Shown: positions 1 to 8,955, numbered from the stretch's first letter. The stretch: 33,461 bases of DNA from Azoarcus sp. (GCA_031258035.1 JAIRNL010000226.1:1-33461), one strand, 5' to 3'. Notes: a model not told the origin generated them from the sequence alone. Numbers and translations are program-made.

Positions 1-64
1 CGTGAAACGGGGCCGCGCCGATGATAGTGAGCGCCACGCTCGTGAAAGTAGGTCATCGTCAGGC
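1..64 (+). rRNA. rrf: 5S rRNA, 3' part (truncated by window start)
   Basis: GTGAAACGG...CGCCGATGATAGTG...GTGAAAGTAGGTCATCGTCAGGC matches the conserved 3' half of bacterial 5S rRNA; a strong hairpin follows. Confidence 0.93.
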
Positions 65-75
65 TGATTACTCCA

Positions 76-111
76 CCCAAAGCCCGGGGACGAAAGTCCT
101 TGGGCTTTGGG
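76..111 (+). terminator. rRNA operon terminator hairpin
   Basis: CCCAAAGCCCGGGGAC-GAAA-GTCCTTGGGCTTTGGG: 16-bp stem (2 G-U pairs) with a GNRA tetraloop, just after the 5S end. Confidence 0.8.
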
Positions 112-147
112 CTTTGGGCTTTGGGCTTTGGGCTTTGGGCTTTGGGC
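100..147. repeat. Heptanucleotide tandem repeat (CTTTGGG)x6 plus partial copies
   Basis: Six exact CTTTGGG units at 105-146, preceded by TTGGG; overlaps the right arm of the terminator. Confidence 0.97.
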
Positions 148-237
148 AACACAAAAAACAGCACACAAAAACGAATTGATTGAAAACTCGATGTACTCAT
201 TTCAGAGGCCTTTGCTCCCCGCGTGCTGTTGCTCTTC

Positions 238-1293
238 TCAAGCTACCGTGGTTTCCAGCCAATAGCGTGCCAGTTCGACCATGCGGTTGGCGAAGCCCCA
301 TTCGTTGTCGAACCATACGAAAAGATTGATCATGCGCGGCCCGCAAGCGCGGGTCTGGCTGCCGTCGACGATGGCTGAATGTGGATCGTGGTTGAAGTCG
401 ATCGAGGCGTGCGGGGCTTCCGACCAGTCGATGATTCCGGCGCAGGGGCCATGCGCGGCCGCGCGCAGCAGGTCATTGATGTGTGCGGCGCCGATGTCTT
501 TCTTCAGGGCAAGCACCATGTCGATGGCCGAGACGTTGTGGGTCGGCACGCGGATTGCCTTGGCTTCGACTCGTCCAGCGAGCTCGGGCAGGAGGCGTTC
601 GACGCCGCGCGCCAGTCCCGTCGTTACCGGGATGATCGACTGCATCGCTGAGCGGGTGAGGGCGAGTTCCCTGTGGTTGTAGCCGTCGATGAGCGGTTGG
701 TCGTTCATCGCCGAGTGCAGGGTGGTGAGCAATACCCGTTCAAGGCCAAATTCGCGCTGTAGCAGGGCGAGTACGGGGATGACGGCATTGGTCGTACATG
801 AGGCGGCGGAAACCAGCCTGGCTTGCGGGTCGAGTCCGGCGTGGGCGACGCCATGCACGATGGTGGCGTCGACATCGTGCGCATGTGCGCCGGGATTGGA
901 GAGCAGCAGGCGCGGACAACCGGCGTTGATGAAGCGTTGCAACTGCGCGCGTTCGCCGTAACGGCCCGAACATTCGACGAGAAGATCTGGCTGGAACGTA
1001 TGCCAGTCAGTGCTTTCAGGCGTGTTGCCATGGCTGACGGCAATCGGGCGGCCATTGAGGATGAGTGTCTCGCCGTCAATGGCGACCTGGCCTGGAAAAC
1101 GCCCATGTGTGGAATCGAATCGGGTGAGATGGGCGATGCTGGCGAGGTCGGCCGGTTCGTTGATCGCCACGACGTGGAGGTGCCCGGAAAGCCCGGCTTC
1201 GTGGATGGCGCGCACAAAACAGCGGCCGATGCGACCATAGCCGTTGACCGCGATGCGGAACGTGGGGGAGGGCACGGAATGAAGCGGGGCCAA
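238..1293 (-). CDS. epd: Erythrose-4-phosphate dehydrogenase (GAPDH family, Epd-like)
   Basis: NGYGRIGR NAD-binding motif, catalytic ASCTTN, WFDNEWGFANRM. HSAMNDQ..ID and TRSAMQSIIPV are Epd-type rather than GapA-type. Confidence 0.8.
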   Translation of the reverse strand: MAPLHSVPSPTFRIAVNGYGRIGRCFVRAIHEAGLSGHLHVVAINEPADLASIAHLTRFDSTHGRFPGQVAIDGETLILNGRPIAVSHGNTPESTDWHTFQPDLLVECSGRYGERAQLQRFINAGCPRLLLSNPGAHAHDVDATIVHGVAHAGLDPQARLVSAASCTTNAVIPVLALLQREFGLERVLLTTLHSAMNDQPLIDGYNHRELALTRSAMQSIIPVTTGLARGVERLLPELAGRVEAKAIRVPTHNVSAIDMVLALKKDIGAAHINDLLRAAAHGPCAGIIDWSEAPHASIDFNHDPHSAIVDGSQTRACGPRMINLFVWFDNEWGFANRMVELARYWLETTVA

Positions 1294-1332
1294 AACTGCC
1301 TCCAGAAGCCGGCGCGGCGGAAGAGCCGGATT

Positions 1333-2547
1333 CTACCGGCTTCCTTCCTGCGCCGGTTTTTCGGTGAAATAGGCGATGGCGAGCGCGCACAAGGCGAGCA
1401 CGACATAAGCGCCGACAAGCGGGGAAACGCTGCCATTGAACATGTGACCGATGGCGAGGCCGACCAGGGCGCTGCCGACGGTGGAAACAAAGCCGATCAT
1501 CGACGAGGCGGTGCCGGCAATGTGCCCCATCGGTTCCATGGCCATGGCGTTGAGGTTGGCGGCGAGGATGCCGAAAGTGAATACGCTTGCGCCTTGCAGC
1601 AGCATGAAGATGAGCAGGCTTTCGCGTCCGGCGAGGGCGAATCCGAGGTGAAAAATGTTGATGACGGCGATTGCCGTCAGCCCGGCCATGCCCAACCGTC
1701 GCATGCCGAAGCGATGCACGAGGCGCGAATTGATGAATGCAGCCAGCCCGGTGGTGAGTGCGATGAGGGCGAAGAGCACGGTGAAACTGCGTCTGGCGTC
1801 GAATACTTCGACGAAAATCTGCTGCGCTGAGTAAATGAAGCCCATGTGAGCGCCGACGACGAGCGCGAGCGCCACGGCGTAGCCGATGCAACGGCGGGTC
1901 GTCACGGTCTGGCGATAGGCGCCGTAGAGCGCGCGCGGGGCGAGCGGCAGGCGGTGCTCGGGGGGCAGTGTCTCCGGCAATTTCCTGATCGTCCACCATA
2001 GTGTCGCCCCGCCCGCCACGACCAGCAGACCGAACACCCAGTGCCAGTCCGGTGCAGCCAGCAGGGTGATCTGTCCCACCGAGGGCGCGAGCACGGGAAC
2101 GATCATGAAAACCATCATCGCCAGCGACATGACTTTCACCATCTGCGCCCCGGCATAACAGTCGCGGGCGAGGGATGTCGCCATGACCCGTGGTGCCCCG
2201 GCGCCGACGCCTTGCAGGACACGCGCCGCGAGCAGGGTGGCGAAAGAGTCCGCGATTGTCGCCAGGACGCCTGCGGCGATATACAGGATGAGGCCGCCGA
2301 TGAGCACCGGTCGTCGCCCGTGACAGTCGGCGAGCGGCCCGTAAAAAAGCTGCGATATCCCGGTGCCGACCAGGAAGGATGCAATCACCGCTTGCGCCTG
2401 ATTGGGGGTGGCGAGCTGGAAATCGGCATGAAGCTGCGGCAGCGCCGGCAACATGATGTCGATCGACATCGCGTTGAGCGCCATGCAGGCGGCAATGAAA
2501 GCGACGAACTCACCGAAAGCCATCGCCGGGCGCGGGCTGGGGGGCAT
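1333..2547 (-). CDS. Bcr/CflA family multidrug efflux MFS transporter
   Basis: SIDIMLPALP, GQL.YGPL.D..GRRPV-like motif A, ARVLQGVG and about 12 hydrophobic segments. The start could be 2523 (MAFGEF). Confidence 0.9.
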   Translation of the reverse strand: MPPSPRPAMAFGEFVAFIAACMALNAMSIDIMLPALPQLHADFQLATPNQAQAVIASFLVGTGISQLFYGPLADCHGRRPVLIGGLILYIAAGVLATIADSFATLLAARVLQGVGAGAPRVMATSLARDCYAGAQMVKVMSLAMMVFMIVPVLAPSVGQITLLAAPDWHWVFGLLVVAGGATLWWTIRKLPETLPPEHRLPLAPRALYGAYRQTVTTRRCIGYAVALALVVGAHMGFIYSAQQIFVEVFDARRSFTVLFALIALTTGLAAFINSRLVHRFGMRRLGMAGLTAIAVINIFHLGFALAGRESLLIFMLLQGASVFTFGILAANLNAMAMEPMGHIAGTASSMIGFVSTVGSALVGLAIGHMFNGSVSPLVGAYVVLALCALAIAYFTEKPAQEGSR

Positions 2548-2566
2548 GGCAGGCTGACCGTGATGG

Positions 2567-2597
2567 AAAAGCGTGAGTTCCCGGAACTCACGCTTTT
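2567..2597. terminator. Bidirectional intrinsic terminator downstream of the tRNA-Asn pair
   Basis: AAAAGCGTGAGTTC-CCG-GAACTCACGCTTTT perfect inverted repeat with A/T tails, 2 nt after the tRNA CCA end. Confidence 0.85.
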
Positions 2598-2599
2598 GT

Positions 2600-2675
2600 T
2601 GGCTCCTCGACCTGGGCTCGAACCAGGGACCTGCGGATTAACAGTCCGTCGCTCTACCGACTGAGCTATCGAGGA
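2600..2675 (-). tRNA. tRNA-Asn (GTT)
   Basis: TCCTCGATAGCTCAGTCGGTAGAGCGACGGACTGTTAATCCGCAGGTCCCTGGTTCGAGCCCAGGTCGAGGAGCCA: 76-nt cloverleaf, anticodon GTT, encoded CCA. Confidence 0.97.
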
Positions 2676-2721
2676 ATTGGATGAATCGGGCTTCGCGGAG
2701 GGCGAAAATCTCTGTGAAACC

Positions 2722-2797
2722 TGGCTCCCCGACCTGGGCTCGAACCAGGGACCTGCGGATTAACAGTCCGTCGCTCTACCAGCTGAGCTATCGGGGA
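2722..2797 (-). tRNA. tRNA-Asn (GTT), second copy
   Basis: TCCCCGATAGCTCAGCTGGTAGAGCGACGGACTGTTAATCCGCAGG...GTCGGGGAGCCA. Differs from copy 1 by a compensatory acceptor-stem pair and two D-loop bases. Confidence 0.97.
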
Positions 2798-2809
2798 ATA
2801 GAGGCGCGC

Positions 2810-2838
2810 ATTCTAGTTAGGATGCGGCCTGTCGTCAA
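2810..2838 (-). promoter_or_regulatory. Sigma70 promoter of the tRNA-Asn operon
   Basis: TTGACG-17nt-TAGAAT followed by the GC-rich discriminator GCGCGC, typical of stable-RNA promoters. Confidence 0.8.
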
Positions 2839-2941
2839 GGAAGCCTTGTCGCGGTCATGCACCCGGGTACCCGGGGAGGGACGGATCCGGGCCCGTGGAA
2901 CGGTGGGTGGGAATACAGTTTGGCGAAGTCGAGGGGCGCGG

Positions 2942-3397
2942 TCAGACAAACGGATCGACGACGCGCAACCGCCCTTCCAGCAGAAGGCCATGGTGCATGT
3001 CTTCGGAGTAGAGCGTATCGCACCCGGCGTGGAGCGCGGCGGCGGCGATGAGGGCATCGTAGAACTGTAGCTGGTAGCGCCCGGCGAGCTGCCGGGCGGT
3101 GTCGTGGGTTTCTTCGGTAAGCGGTTCAACTGGACATTGCGTGCGAATGGTTTTCAGGAAACGTCCGATTTGCACCCAGGTGTAACGGTATTTTCGGCGC
3201 ATGACGTTGGATATTTCGTTCAATACCTGCACGCTGATGGAACAGTGTGCATGCAGGACGGTCTGGGCCACCGCGGCCTTCCGGGTGTCTTCGGAAAGCA
3301 GGTAGAGCGGTATGTTGCTGTCGGCGAAACCGCGCGGTCTGGCTACGGTGTAGACCGCCATGCTGTCGGAAACCTTTCCTGGCTTAGCGGCGGGCAT
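2942..3397 (-). CDS. vapC: PIN-domain toxin (VapC family)
   Basis: FADSNI, QVLNE, FYDALI and LYSEDM acidic PIN residues. Start placed at MPAAKP, overlapping the antitoxin 3' end; the ORF-track start 3472 lies deep inside the antitoxin. Confidence 0.88.
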   Translation of the reverse strand: MPAAKPGKVSDSMAVYTVARPRGFADSNIPLYLLSEDTRKAAVAQTVLHAHCSISVQVLNEISNVMRRKYRYTWVQIGRFLKTIRTQCPVEPLTEETHDTARQLAGRYQLQFYDALIAAAALHAGCDTLYSEDMHHGLLLEGRLRVVDPFV

Positions 3398-3605
3398 TGG
3401 CCTCTTCCCGGTCGAATCTGAAATCGACGGGTAGCAGGGGCATTTCTGCCCGGAGTTTCTGTACGGCGGCATCGAAATCGTGTCTGGGAGACGCCTTTTT
3501 CCTCACCTCGATTTCCACTTCTTCCCCTTCGCGCAAGTCCATTGCCTTGACGAGCGAGGCAGGTAGGCGCACAGCCAGCGAATTTCCCCATTTTGCGACG
3601 TGCAT
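3384..3605 (-). CDS. AbrB/MazE/SpoVT-family antitoxin (VapB-type)
   Basis: VAKWGNSLAVRLP swapped-hairpin signature, 73 aa, ends FRFDREEANAR; GGAGGG RBS; directly upstream of the PIN gene. Confidence 0.92.
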   Translation of the reverse strand: MHVAKWGNSLAVRLPASLVKAMDLREGEEVEIEVRKKASPRHDFDAAVQKLRAEMPLLPVDFRFDREEANARR

Positions 3606-3622
3606 GATGGTCCCTCCGGATG

Positions 3623-3651
3623 GATATACAGCACGCCGAATTGTAGATCAA
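3623..3651 (-). promoter_or_regulatory. Putative promoter/operator of the TA pair
   Basis: Inverted repeat GATATACA-N11-TGTAGATC overlapping a TTGATC-17-TATATC promoter-like pair; the -35 overlaps the paaK stop codon. Confidence 0.5.
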
Positions 3652-4955
3652 TTTTTCTCTTTGCGATGGTCGATCACCCGCACTGCCTTGCCCATCGAGC
3701 GCTCGACCGCACCGGTGGGATGGATCTTGACTTCGCAACTGATGCCGATGAAGTCCTTGATGTCTTTCCTCACCTTGGCGGAGACGCGATCCATGTAATC
3801 TTGCCCCTTGGCGTAGAGCGGCGGGCTGGCTTCGACGTTGATGCGCAGCGCGTCGAGATGGCCTTCGCGGAAGACTTCGAGCTGGTAGAAGGGCGAGAGC
3901 GTTTCGGTGCGCATCAGGATGGCTTCGACCTGGGTCGGGAAGACATTGACGCCGCGGATGATGAGCATGTCATCGGAGCGGCCCGTGACGCGGCTCATTC
4001 GCACATGCGTGCGTCCGCACTTGCAGGGCGCATCGTCCAGCACCGCGATGTCGCGGGTGCGGAAACGCATCATGGGGAAGGCTTCACGGGTGAGCGAGGT
4101 GATGACGATTTCGCCCTTTTCGCCCGGCGGCAACGGCTCGCCCGTGTCGACGTCCACGCATTCGATGAGAAAGTGGTCTTCCCAGATGTGCAGCCCCTTC
4201 TTGGCAGCCAGGCATTCGACACCGACACCCGGCCCCATGATTTCGGTGAGGCCGTAGATGTCGAGCGCGTCGATGCCCATGCGCGATTCGAGTTCGTAGC
4301 GCATTTCCTCGCTCCACGGTTCCGCGCCGAAGATGCCGACCCGCAAGGGCAGTTTGCGGATGTCGATGTTGAGCTTGTCGGCTTCCTCTGCGATGTTGAG
4401 CGCGTAAGAGGGCGTACAGCTCAGGGCGTTGGGAGCGAGGTCGGTGAGCAGCATCACCTGCTTTTGCGTCTGGCCGCCGGACATGGGAATGACCGTGACC
4501 CCGAAGGCCTCCGCCGAGCCGTGCAAGCCCATGCCACCGGTGAAAAGGCCGTAGCCGTAGGCATTGTGCAGCCGGTCGCCGGGCACGAGCCCCGCCGCGC
4601 CCAGGCAGCGCGCACCGAGTTCCCCCCAGTTGGCGACATCGCGTCGCGTGTAGCCGACCACCACGGGCTTGCCCGAAGTGCCGGAAGAGGCATGCACCCG
4701 CGCGACTTGGTCGGGCGGTACGGCGAACATGCCGTAGGGGTAATTGTCGCGCAGTTGCTCTTTCTTGGTGAAAGGCAGCAGCTTGACATCAGCCAGCGTC
4801 TGGATGTGATGCGGCTTGATTTCCAGCTCATCCATCGCTTCGCGGTAGAACTTCACGGTTTCATAGCAGCGTGCCACCATGGCCTGGAGACGGCGCAGTT
4901 GCAGGGCTTTCAGCTTTTCGCGTGGGAGCGTTTCATTGTCGATGTCGAAGATCAT
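3648..4955 (-). CDS. paaK: Phenylacetate-CoA ligase
   Basis: HASSGTSGKP P-loop, YGYGLFTGG, DIYGLTEIMGPGV, GRSDDMLIIRGVNVFP, GKAVRVID. Confidence 0.9.
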   Translation of the reverse strand: MIFDIDNETLPREKLKALQLRRLQAMVARCYETVKFYREAMDELEIKPHHIQTLADVKLLPFTKKEQLRDNYPYGMFAVPPDQVARVHASSGTSGKPVVVGYTRRDVANWGELGARCLGAAGLVPGDRLHNAYGYGLFTGGMGLHGSAEAFGVTVIPMSGGQTQKQVMLLTDLAPNALSCTPSYALNIAEEADKLNIDIRKLPLRVGIFGAEPWSEEMRYELESRMGIDALDIYGLTEIMGPGVGVECLAAKKGLHIWEDHFLIECVDVDTGEPLPPGEKGEIVITSLTREAFPMMRFRTRDIAVLDDAPCKCGRTHVRMSRVTGRSDDMLIIRGVNVFPTQVEAILMRTETLSPFYQLEVFREGHLDALRINVEASPPLYAKGQDYMDRVSAKVRKDIKDFIGISCEVKIHPTGAVERSMGKAVRVIDHRKEKN

Positions 4956-5121
4956 GTTTCACCAAAGCCTCAGGGGACGGAAAATACGGCATTCTAGTGG
5001 CGGGTAAGGCGAACAGGCGATTGCCGCAAACCCGAACAGCTGGCTTGTCGGGTGAACATTTTGGCGGCGACGGGACGGTGATCGAGGTGTGGACCAGCAC
5101 AGGCGTTCCGCGCGCTTCCGG

Positions 5122-6498
5122 TCAGGGGGCACGAAAGCCGGGGGGCGGCCCGTCTGCTTGTGTACGCCGTCTCGTCACCCACGACAGCAGCGTGCCGAAA
5201 AGGATGGCGGCGGTCACGGTGGCGGCGACCGCCGCCTGCCAGAAGCCGGCCGCGCCTTGCGGGACGGGGGCATGGAACGCGAGCCAGTAACCGAACCCCA
5301 GCCCCAGTCCCCAGAAGCAGCCGAGGTGGATGAGCAGCGGGACGAAGCTGATTTTGTAAGCGCGCAACGCGAAACAGGCGACGGTCTGCACGGCGTCGAA
5401 GAATTGGTAGAGCGCGATATAGAAGGCGAGGCCGATGGCGACTTCCACCACCAGGATGTCGCTGGTAGCCAGCCAGGCGATGGCCTCGCGCAGCCACAGC
5501 AGCGCGGAGGCCATGACGAGGGAACATACGCAGGCGATCTTTATGCCGGCGAGGGCGAAATTGCGCGCCAGTGCCTCATTTTTCGCGCCGATCGCTTGCG
5601 CCACCTGCGCCGCGGTGGCGATTGCCAGCGATAGCGGCAGCATGTAGACGAGCGCGGAAAGATTGGCGGCGATGCGGTGCCCGCTCACCGCTTCAGCCCC
5701 GAGCCGGGCGATAAAGATCGCCATCAGTGTGAAAGAGCTGATTTCGATCAGAAAAGAGAAACCGATCGGTATGCCGAGCCGGAGCAATTCCTTTTGCGCT
5801 GCCCAGCGCGGGCGCTCCCGGCGCGCGAAGATATGGAACGGGGCGAAGCGTGGGCTTTTCAGTAACAGCCAGAAGCACAGCCCCAGGCTGATCCAACTGA
5901 CGATCACCTGCGAGAGTGCCGCGCCGGCCGCGCCCAGTGCCGGCAGGCTCATGTGGCCGCCGACCAGGGCGCCCGCCAGCAAGGCATGGCAGAAAGTTTC
6001 CAGAAAAGCGATGACCATGAGCGGGCGCGGTTGTCCCAGGGCGTTGGCGGCGGCATGGAAAGCGCGGTAGCCGAGCGAGGCGGGCAGAGCCAGGGCGAGC
6101 AGGCGCATGTAATTCACGGTGATGGCTTCGACATCTGCTTCGAGCCGCGCCGGGGCAATCAGCCAGCGCGGCTCCGCGAGCAGGGCCGCGCCGCCGAGGG
6201 AGAGCCAGGCCGCAAGCCACAGTCCCTGCCGTATGTCCGAGCCGATCCGTTCCCGCTCTCCGGCGCCGTAGTGCTGGCCGGTGATGGGCGCGAGCGCCTG
6301 CAATACGCCGCCGAGGCTCAAAGCCAGCGTGGCATACAGCCCGGAACCGACCGCGACGGCAGCCAGATGCTGGGTGGAATAGCGCCCGACGATCAAAGTG
6401 TCGGCGACCATCATGCCGATGGACACCATCTGCGCCACCAGCACCGGCCAGGCATTTTTGAGGATAACGCGAATGGAATTCGGGGTTATTGGATGCAT
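5122..6498 (-). CDS. MATE family efflux transporter (NorM-like)
   Basis: AWPVLVAQ, DT..VGRYS...LAAV, LRLGIPIG....IE, YQFFDAVQ; about 12 TM segments. Confidence 0.9.
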   Translation of the reverse strand: MHPITPNSIRVILKNAWPVLVAQMVSIGMMVADTLIVGRYSTQHLAAVAVGSGLYATLALSLGGVLQALAPITGQHYGAGERERIGSDIRQGLWLAAWLSLGGAALLAEPRWLIAPARLEADVEAITVNYMRLLALALPASLGYRAFHAAANALGQPRPLMVIAFLETFCHALLAGALVGGHMSLPALGAAGAALSQVIVSWISLGLCFWLLLKSPRFAPFHIFARRERPRWAAQKELLRLGIPIGFSFLIEISSFTLMAIFIARLGAEAVSGHRIAANLSALVYMLPLSLAIATAAQVAQAIGAKNEALARNFALAGIKIACVCSLVMASALLWLREAIAWLATSDILVVEVAIGLAFYIALYQFFDAVQTVACFALRAYKISFVPLLIHLGCFWGLGLGFGYWLAFHAPVPQGAAGFWQAAVAATVTAAILFGTLLSWVTRRRTQADGPPPGFRAP

Positions 6499-6656
6499 CG
6501 GGGAGCGGGCTGCCAGACAGGGTCGGTATTATTTGATGACCGCGAGGGGGGTGGCAAGTTACCATCTGCCTTGTTTGTTTTTTTGCCCCATGGCGGCTGG
6601 GCTGCGGGGCGGCGAAATTTTTCCTTTATTCCGACTGTCTGCGAGACTGCCTGTTC

Positions 6657-7805
6657 ATGTTTGCTGCTTTCATATGGGTTTATTTCTCCTTCAATTTCGC
6701 ACTCATCATGCGCCTGTACTGCGCCTTGCGCGGCCCTGGCATGTCGCGCGCGCGGCGCGTCGGCATCTGCCTGCCCGTGGTCGCCCTGGCGCTGGCTTTT
6801 CCCGCCTCCCGCCTGATAGAAGGCAATGGCTTTGGGGTAAAAGCCCTGACCTTTGTTGGCACTTTCAGCCTCTCGATCATGCTCCATGCCGTGCTGGTGT
6901 GGGCGCTGGTCGATGTTTTCCGGCTTTTCAACCGTTGTTTCCATTGGCTCGTCATCGCGCCGGCGCAACGGGTGCAATGGCGGCACCGATGCTGCGCGGG
7001 CATTGCCGGCGCGGCGCTGTTGTTGTCCTGCGCCGGTTTTATCAATACCCAGTACCCAATGGTGCGCGAGGTGAAATTGCCCGCGCCCGCCGACACCGCG
7101 CCGCTACGGATCGTCCTGGTGTCGGATGTCCATCTCGGGCGTCTGGCTTCGCCGGAATTCTTTGCTGGCGTGGTCGACCAGATCGTGCCGCTTTCCCCCG
7201 ATCTCGTCCTGTTCGCGGGCGACATCCTCGAATACGATTTCGACCCCGCGGATGCCGGGGCGCTCGCCGCCGCCCTGCAACGCCTCAAACCTCGGCTGGG
7301 CATCTGGAGCGTGACCGGCAACCATGAATATATCGGCGGGCGGGGGGGGCTGAGCAGGTCGCTGCTGCGGCAAATCGGCATGGGCCTGCTCGTCGACCAA
7401 TGGGCGGCGGTGGGGGAGGCGCCCGGCGAAAAACTCCTGCTGATCGGCCGCGACGACCTCTCCGCCGGGTATACAACCGGCCACCCGCGGAAAGCCCTGC
7501 GCGAGATCATCGCCGACGCCCCCGAAGACGGACGCCTGAAAATCCTGCTCGACCACCAGCCTTTCCGCCTGGAAGAAGCGGAGGCGGCGGGTATCTACCT
7601 ACAGGTTTCCGGTCATACCCACAACGGCCAGCTTTTCCCCGTCAACTGGCTCGTTGCCATGCTGTTCGAGAACGCTCACGGGCATTCCGTGCGCGGTGGG
7701 ACGCATTATTGGGTGACTTCCGGTGTCGGTACCTGGGGGCCGCGGGTGCGCACTTCGGGGCGCGCGGAAATCGTGCAGATCGACCTGGTGCCGCAGGCGC
7801 AATGA
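6657..7805 (+). CDS. Membrane-anchored calcineurin-like metallophosphoesterase (YkuE/YaeI-like)
   Basis: N-terminal TM helices followed by SDVH, GDI, GNHE, LDHQP and SGHTHNGQ motifs. Confidence 0.9.
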   Translation: MFAAFIWVYFSFNFALIMRLYCALRGPGMSRARRVGICLPVVALALAFPASRLIEGNGFGVKALTFVGTFSLSIMLHAVLVWALVDVFRLFNRCFHWLVIAPAQRVQWRHRCCAGIAGAALLLSCAGFINTQYPMVREVKLPAPADTAPLRIVLVSDVHLGRLASPEFFAGVVDQIVPLSPDLVLFAGDILEYDFDPADAGALAAALQRLKPRLGIWSVTGNHEYIGGRGGLSRSLLRQIGMGLLVDQWAAVGEAPGEKLLLIGRDDLSAGYTTGHPRKALREIIADAPEDGRLKILLDHQPFRLEEAEAAGIYLQVSGHTHNGQLFPVNWLVAMLFENAHGHSVRGGTHYWVTSGVGTWGPRVRTSGRAEIVQIDLVPQAQ

Positions 7806-7821
7806 CACGCCCGCGCGCCGA

Positions 7822-8100
7822 TCATTCCGCTGGGGTTTCCGGGCCGCTGGCGGGCGCGTACCCGGAAGTGAGCGCCGCGATCGCGGTGAGGAAGGCTTCT
7901 TTCACCTGCTCTTCGTCACAGCCCATCAGCACGGCGTCTTCGAGCGCCTCTTGCGCGCATTGGCATAGCTCATCGAGATTTTCCTGCATCACCTTCAATT
8001 TCTCGGTACAGGAAATTACCCCGCCGTCGGGCCGCCGCCAGGGATTCTGGGGTGTGCCGTAGGGAGCAGGAGGGGGGGGGGAAGAGCGTTCGGAAGGCAT
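7822..8100 (-). CDS. Small conserved hypothetical protein
   Basis: WRRPDG.VISCTEKLKVMQENLDEL...LEDAVLMGCDE.QV resembles a proteobacterial conserved hypothetical family; fills the gap between flanking genes. Confidence 0.7.
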   Translation of the reverse strand: MPSERSSPPPPAPYGTPQNPWRRPDGGVISCTEKLKVMQENLDELCQCAQEALEDAVLMGCDEEQVKEAFLTAIAALTSGYAPASGPETPAE

Positions 8101-8160
8101 GGCGGCGGAGATTTCAGAGCGTTTCTTGTTCGGCCCCGGGAGCGGGACGCCTCTGTTTGC

Positions 8161-8577
8161 TCAGGCAACGAACGGATTCCTGACCTGTACCATGCCAAAC
8201 ACCTGGCCGTGGTTCATGTCTTCGCTGATCAGGATACGTGCTCCCATGCGTTGCGCCGCGCAGAGGATGGCGGCGTCCCAGTGGCTCAAGAGGTAACGTT
8301 CGCGCAGTTGCAAGGCTTCGAGCACCAGTACGGCATCCATGGCCTGGACCGGGCGTCGCCGAGCCAGGGATTCGACCATCCGGCGCGGCGCATCCGGCGG
8401 CAGACCGTGGCGCGGCAGGCGGGCATTGGCGTAAAACTCCATCAACACCTGGGTGGAAAGCCCCCAATCCCCGCGCGCCATCCAGCGTCGGGCAATGTCC
8501 CGCTTGCCGGCGTGATTGGCGGCTTGCGATGTGGCGTAGATCAGGATATTGGTGTCGAGAAAATAAAGAGGCGTCAT
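8161..8577 (-). CDS. PIN-domain toxin (FitB/VapC-like)
   Basis: FLDTNILIY, STQVLMEF, SHWDAAI, LISEDM, VRNPF; ATGA overlap with the upstream antitoxin. Confidence 0.9.
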   Translation of the reverse strand: MTPLYFLDTNILIYATSQAANHAGKRDIARRWMARGDWGLSTQVLMEFYANARLPRHGLPPDAPRRMVESLARRRPVQAMDAVLVLEALQLRERYLLSHWDAAILCAAQRMGARILISEDMNHGQVFGMVQVRNPFVA

Positions 8578-8921
8578 CTATATTCCGCCGGAGGTTCCTG
8601 AACAGAACCGCTGAATTCGCGCATGAGCGTGCGATCATTGGCCTGATCTCGCCCCAGGAACGGCGCCTCGCCCCAGTGGCTCCCCGCCACGAGGGCGTCA
8701 AGCTCAGCCAGCAATGTGTCCTCCGAGTCAGGATGCGGCGCATCGGGAGCGGAAAAGGCGGGAACGGGGGATGGCGCGGAAACAGCAGCGTCGGCAGCCG
8801 CCAAGGTTTCCAGCGTATACATCAGTTCGCCTTGCAGCGAGCGATGATGACGCGCCGCCAACGTCCGCAGACGTGCCGCCAACTCGTCGGGAACCTGCTT
8901 GATTGTCAGCGTAACGGGCAT
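8574..8921 (-). CDS. Ribbon-helix-helix antitoxin (FitA/Arc-like)
   Basis: MPVTLTIKQVPDELAARLRTLAARHHRSLQGEL is a FitA-type RHH; GGAG RBS ahead of ATG 8921; translationally coupled to the PIN gene. Confidence 0.85.
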   Translation of the reverse strand: MPVTLTIKQVPDELAARLRTLAARHHRSLQGELMYTLETLAAADAAVSAPSPVPAFSAPDAPHPDSEDTLLAELDALVAGSHWGEAPFLGRDQANDRTLMREFSGSVQEPPAEYR

Positions 8922-8934
8922 GGGATACTCCAAA

Positions 8935-8955
8935 ATAAAACCATGGTGGTTCCAT
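8935..8955. promoter_or_regulatory. Putative antitoxin operator
   Basis: Imperfect palindrome ATAAAACCA-TGG-TGGTTCCAT immediately upstream of the RHH gene's RBS. Confidence 0.4.

Noticed and set aside
150-237. Possible IS/MITE end (ATTTCAGAGGCC...), loosely similar to 8111-8155
   Set aside because: Similarity is only 9-18 nt with mismatches and there is no partner end or transposase; cannot be supported without a genome-wide search.
2600-2797. Second tRNA-Asn as an attachment-site duplication of an island
   Set aside because: Both copies are full length with a compensatory stem change, share one promoter and terminator, and no integrase is nearby.
2862-2875. Perfect 14-bp palindrome CCCGGGTACCCGGG upstream of the tRNA promoter
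   Set aside because: Single GC-rich occurrence with no recognisable motif or supporting context.
7342-7349. G8 tract within the metallophosphoesterase gene
   Set aside because: Mid-gene, in frame, encodes a Gly-rich loop, and is borderline in length for slippage.
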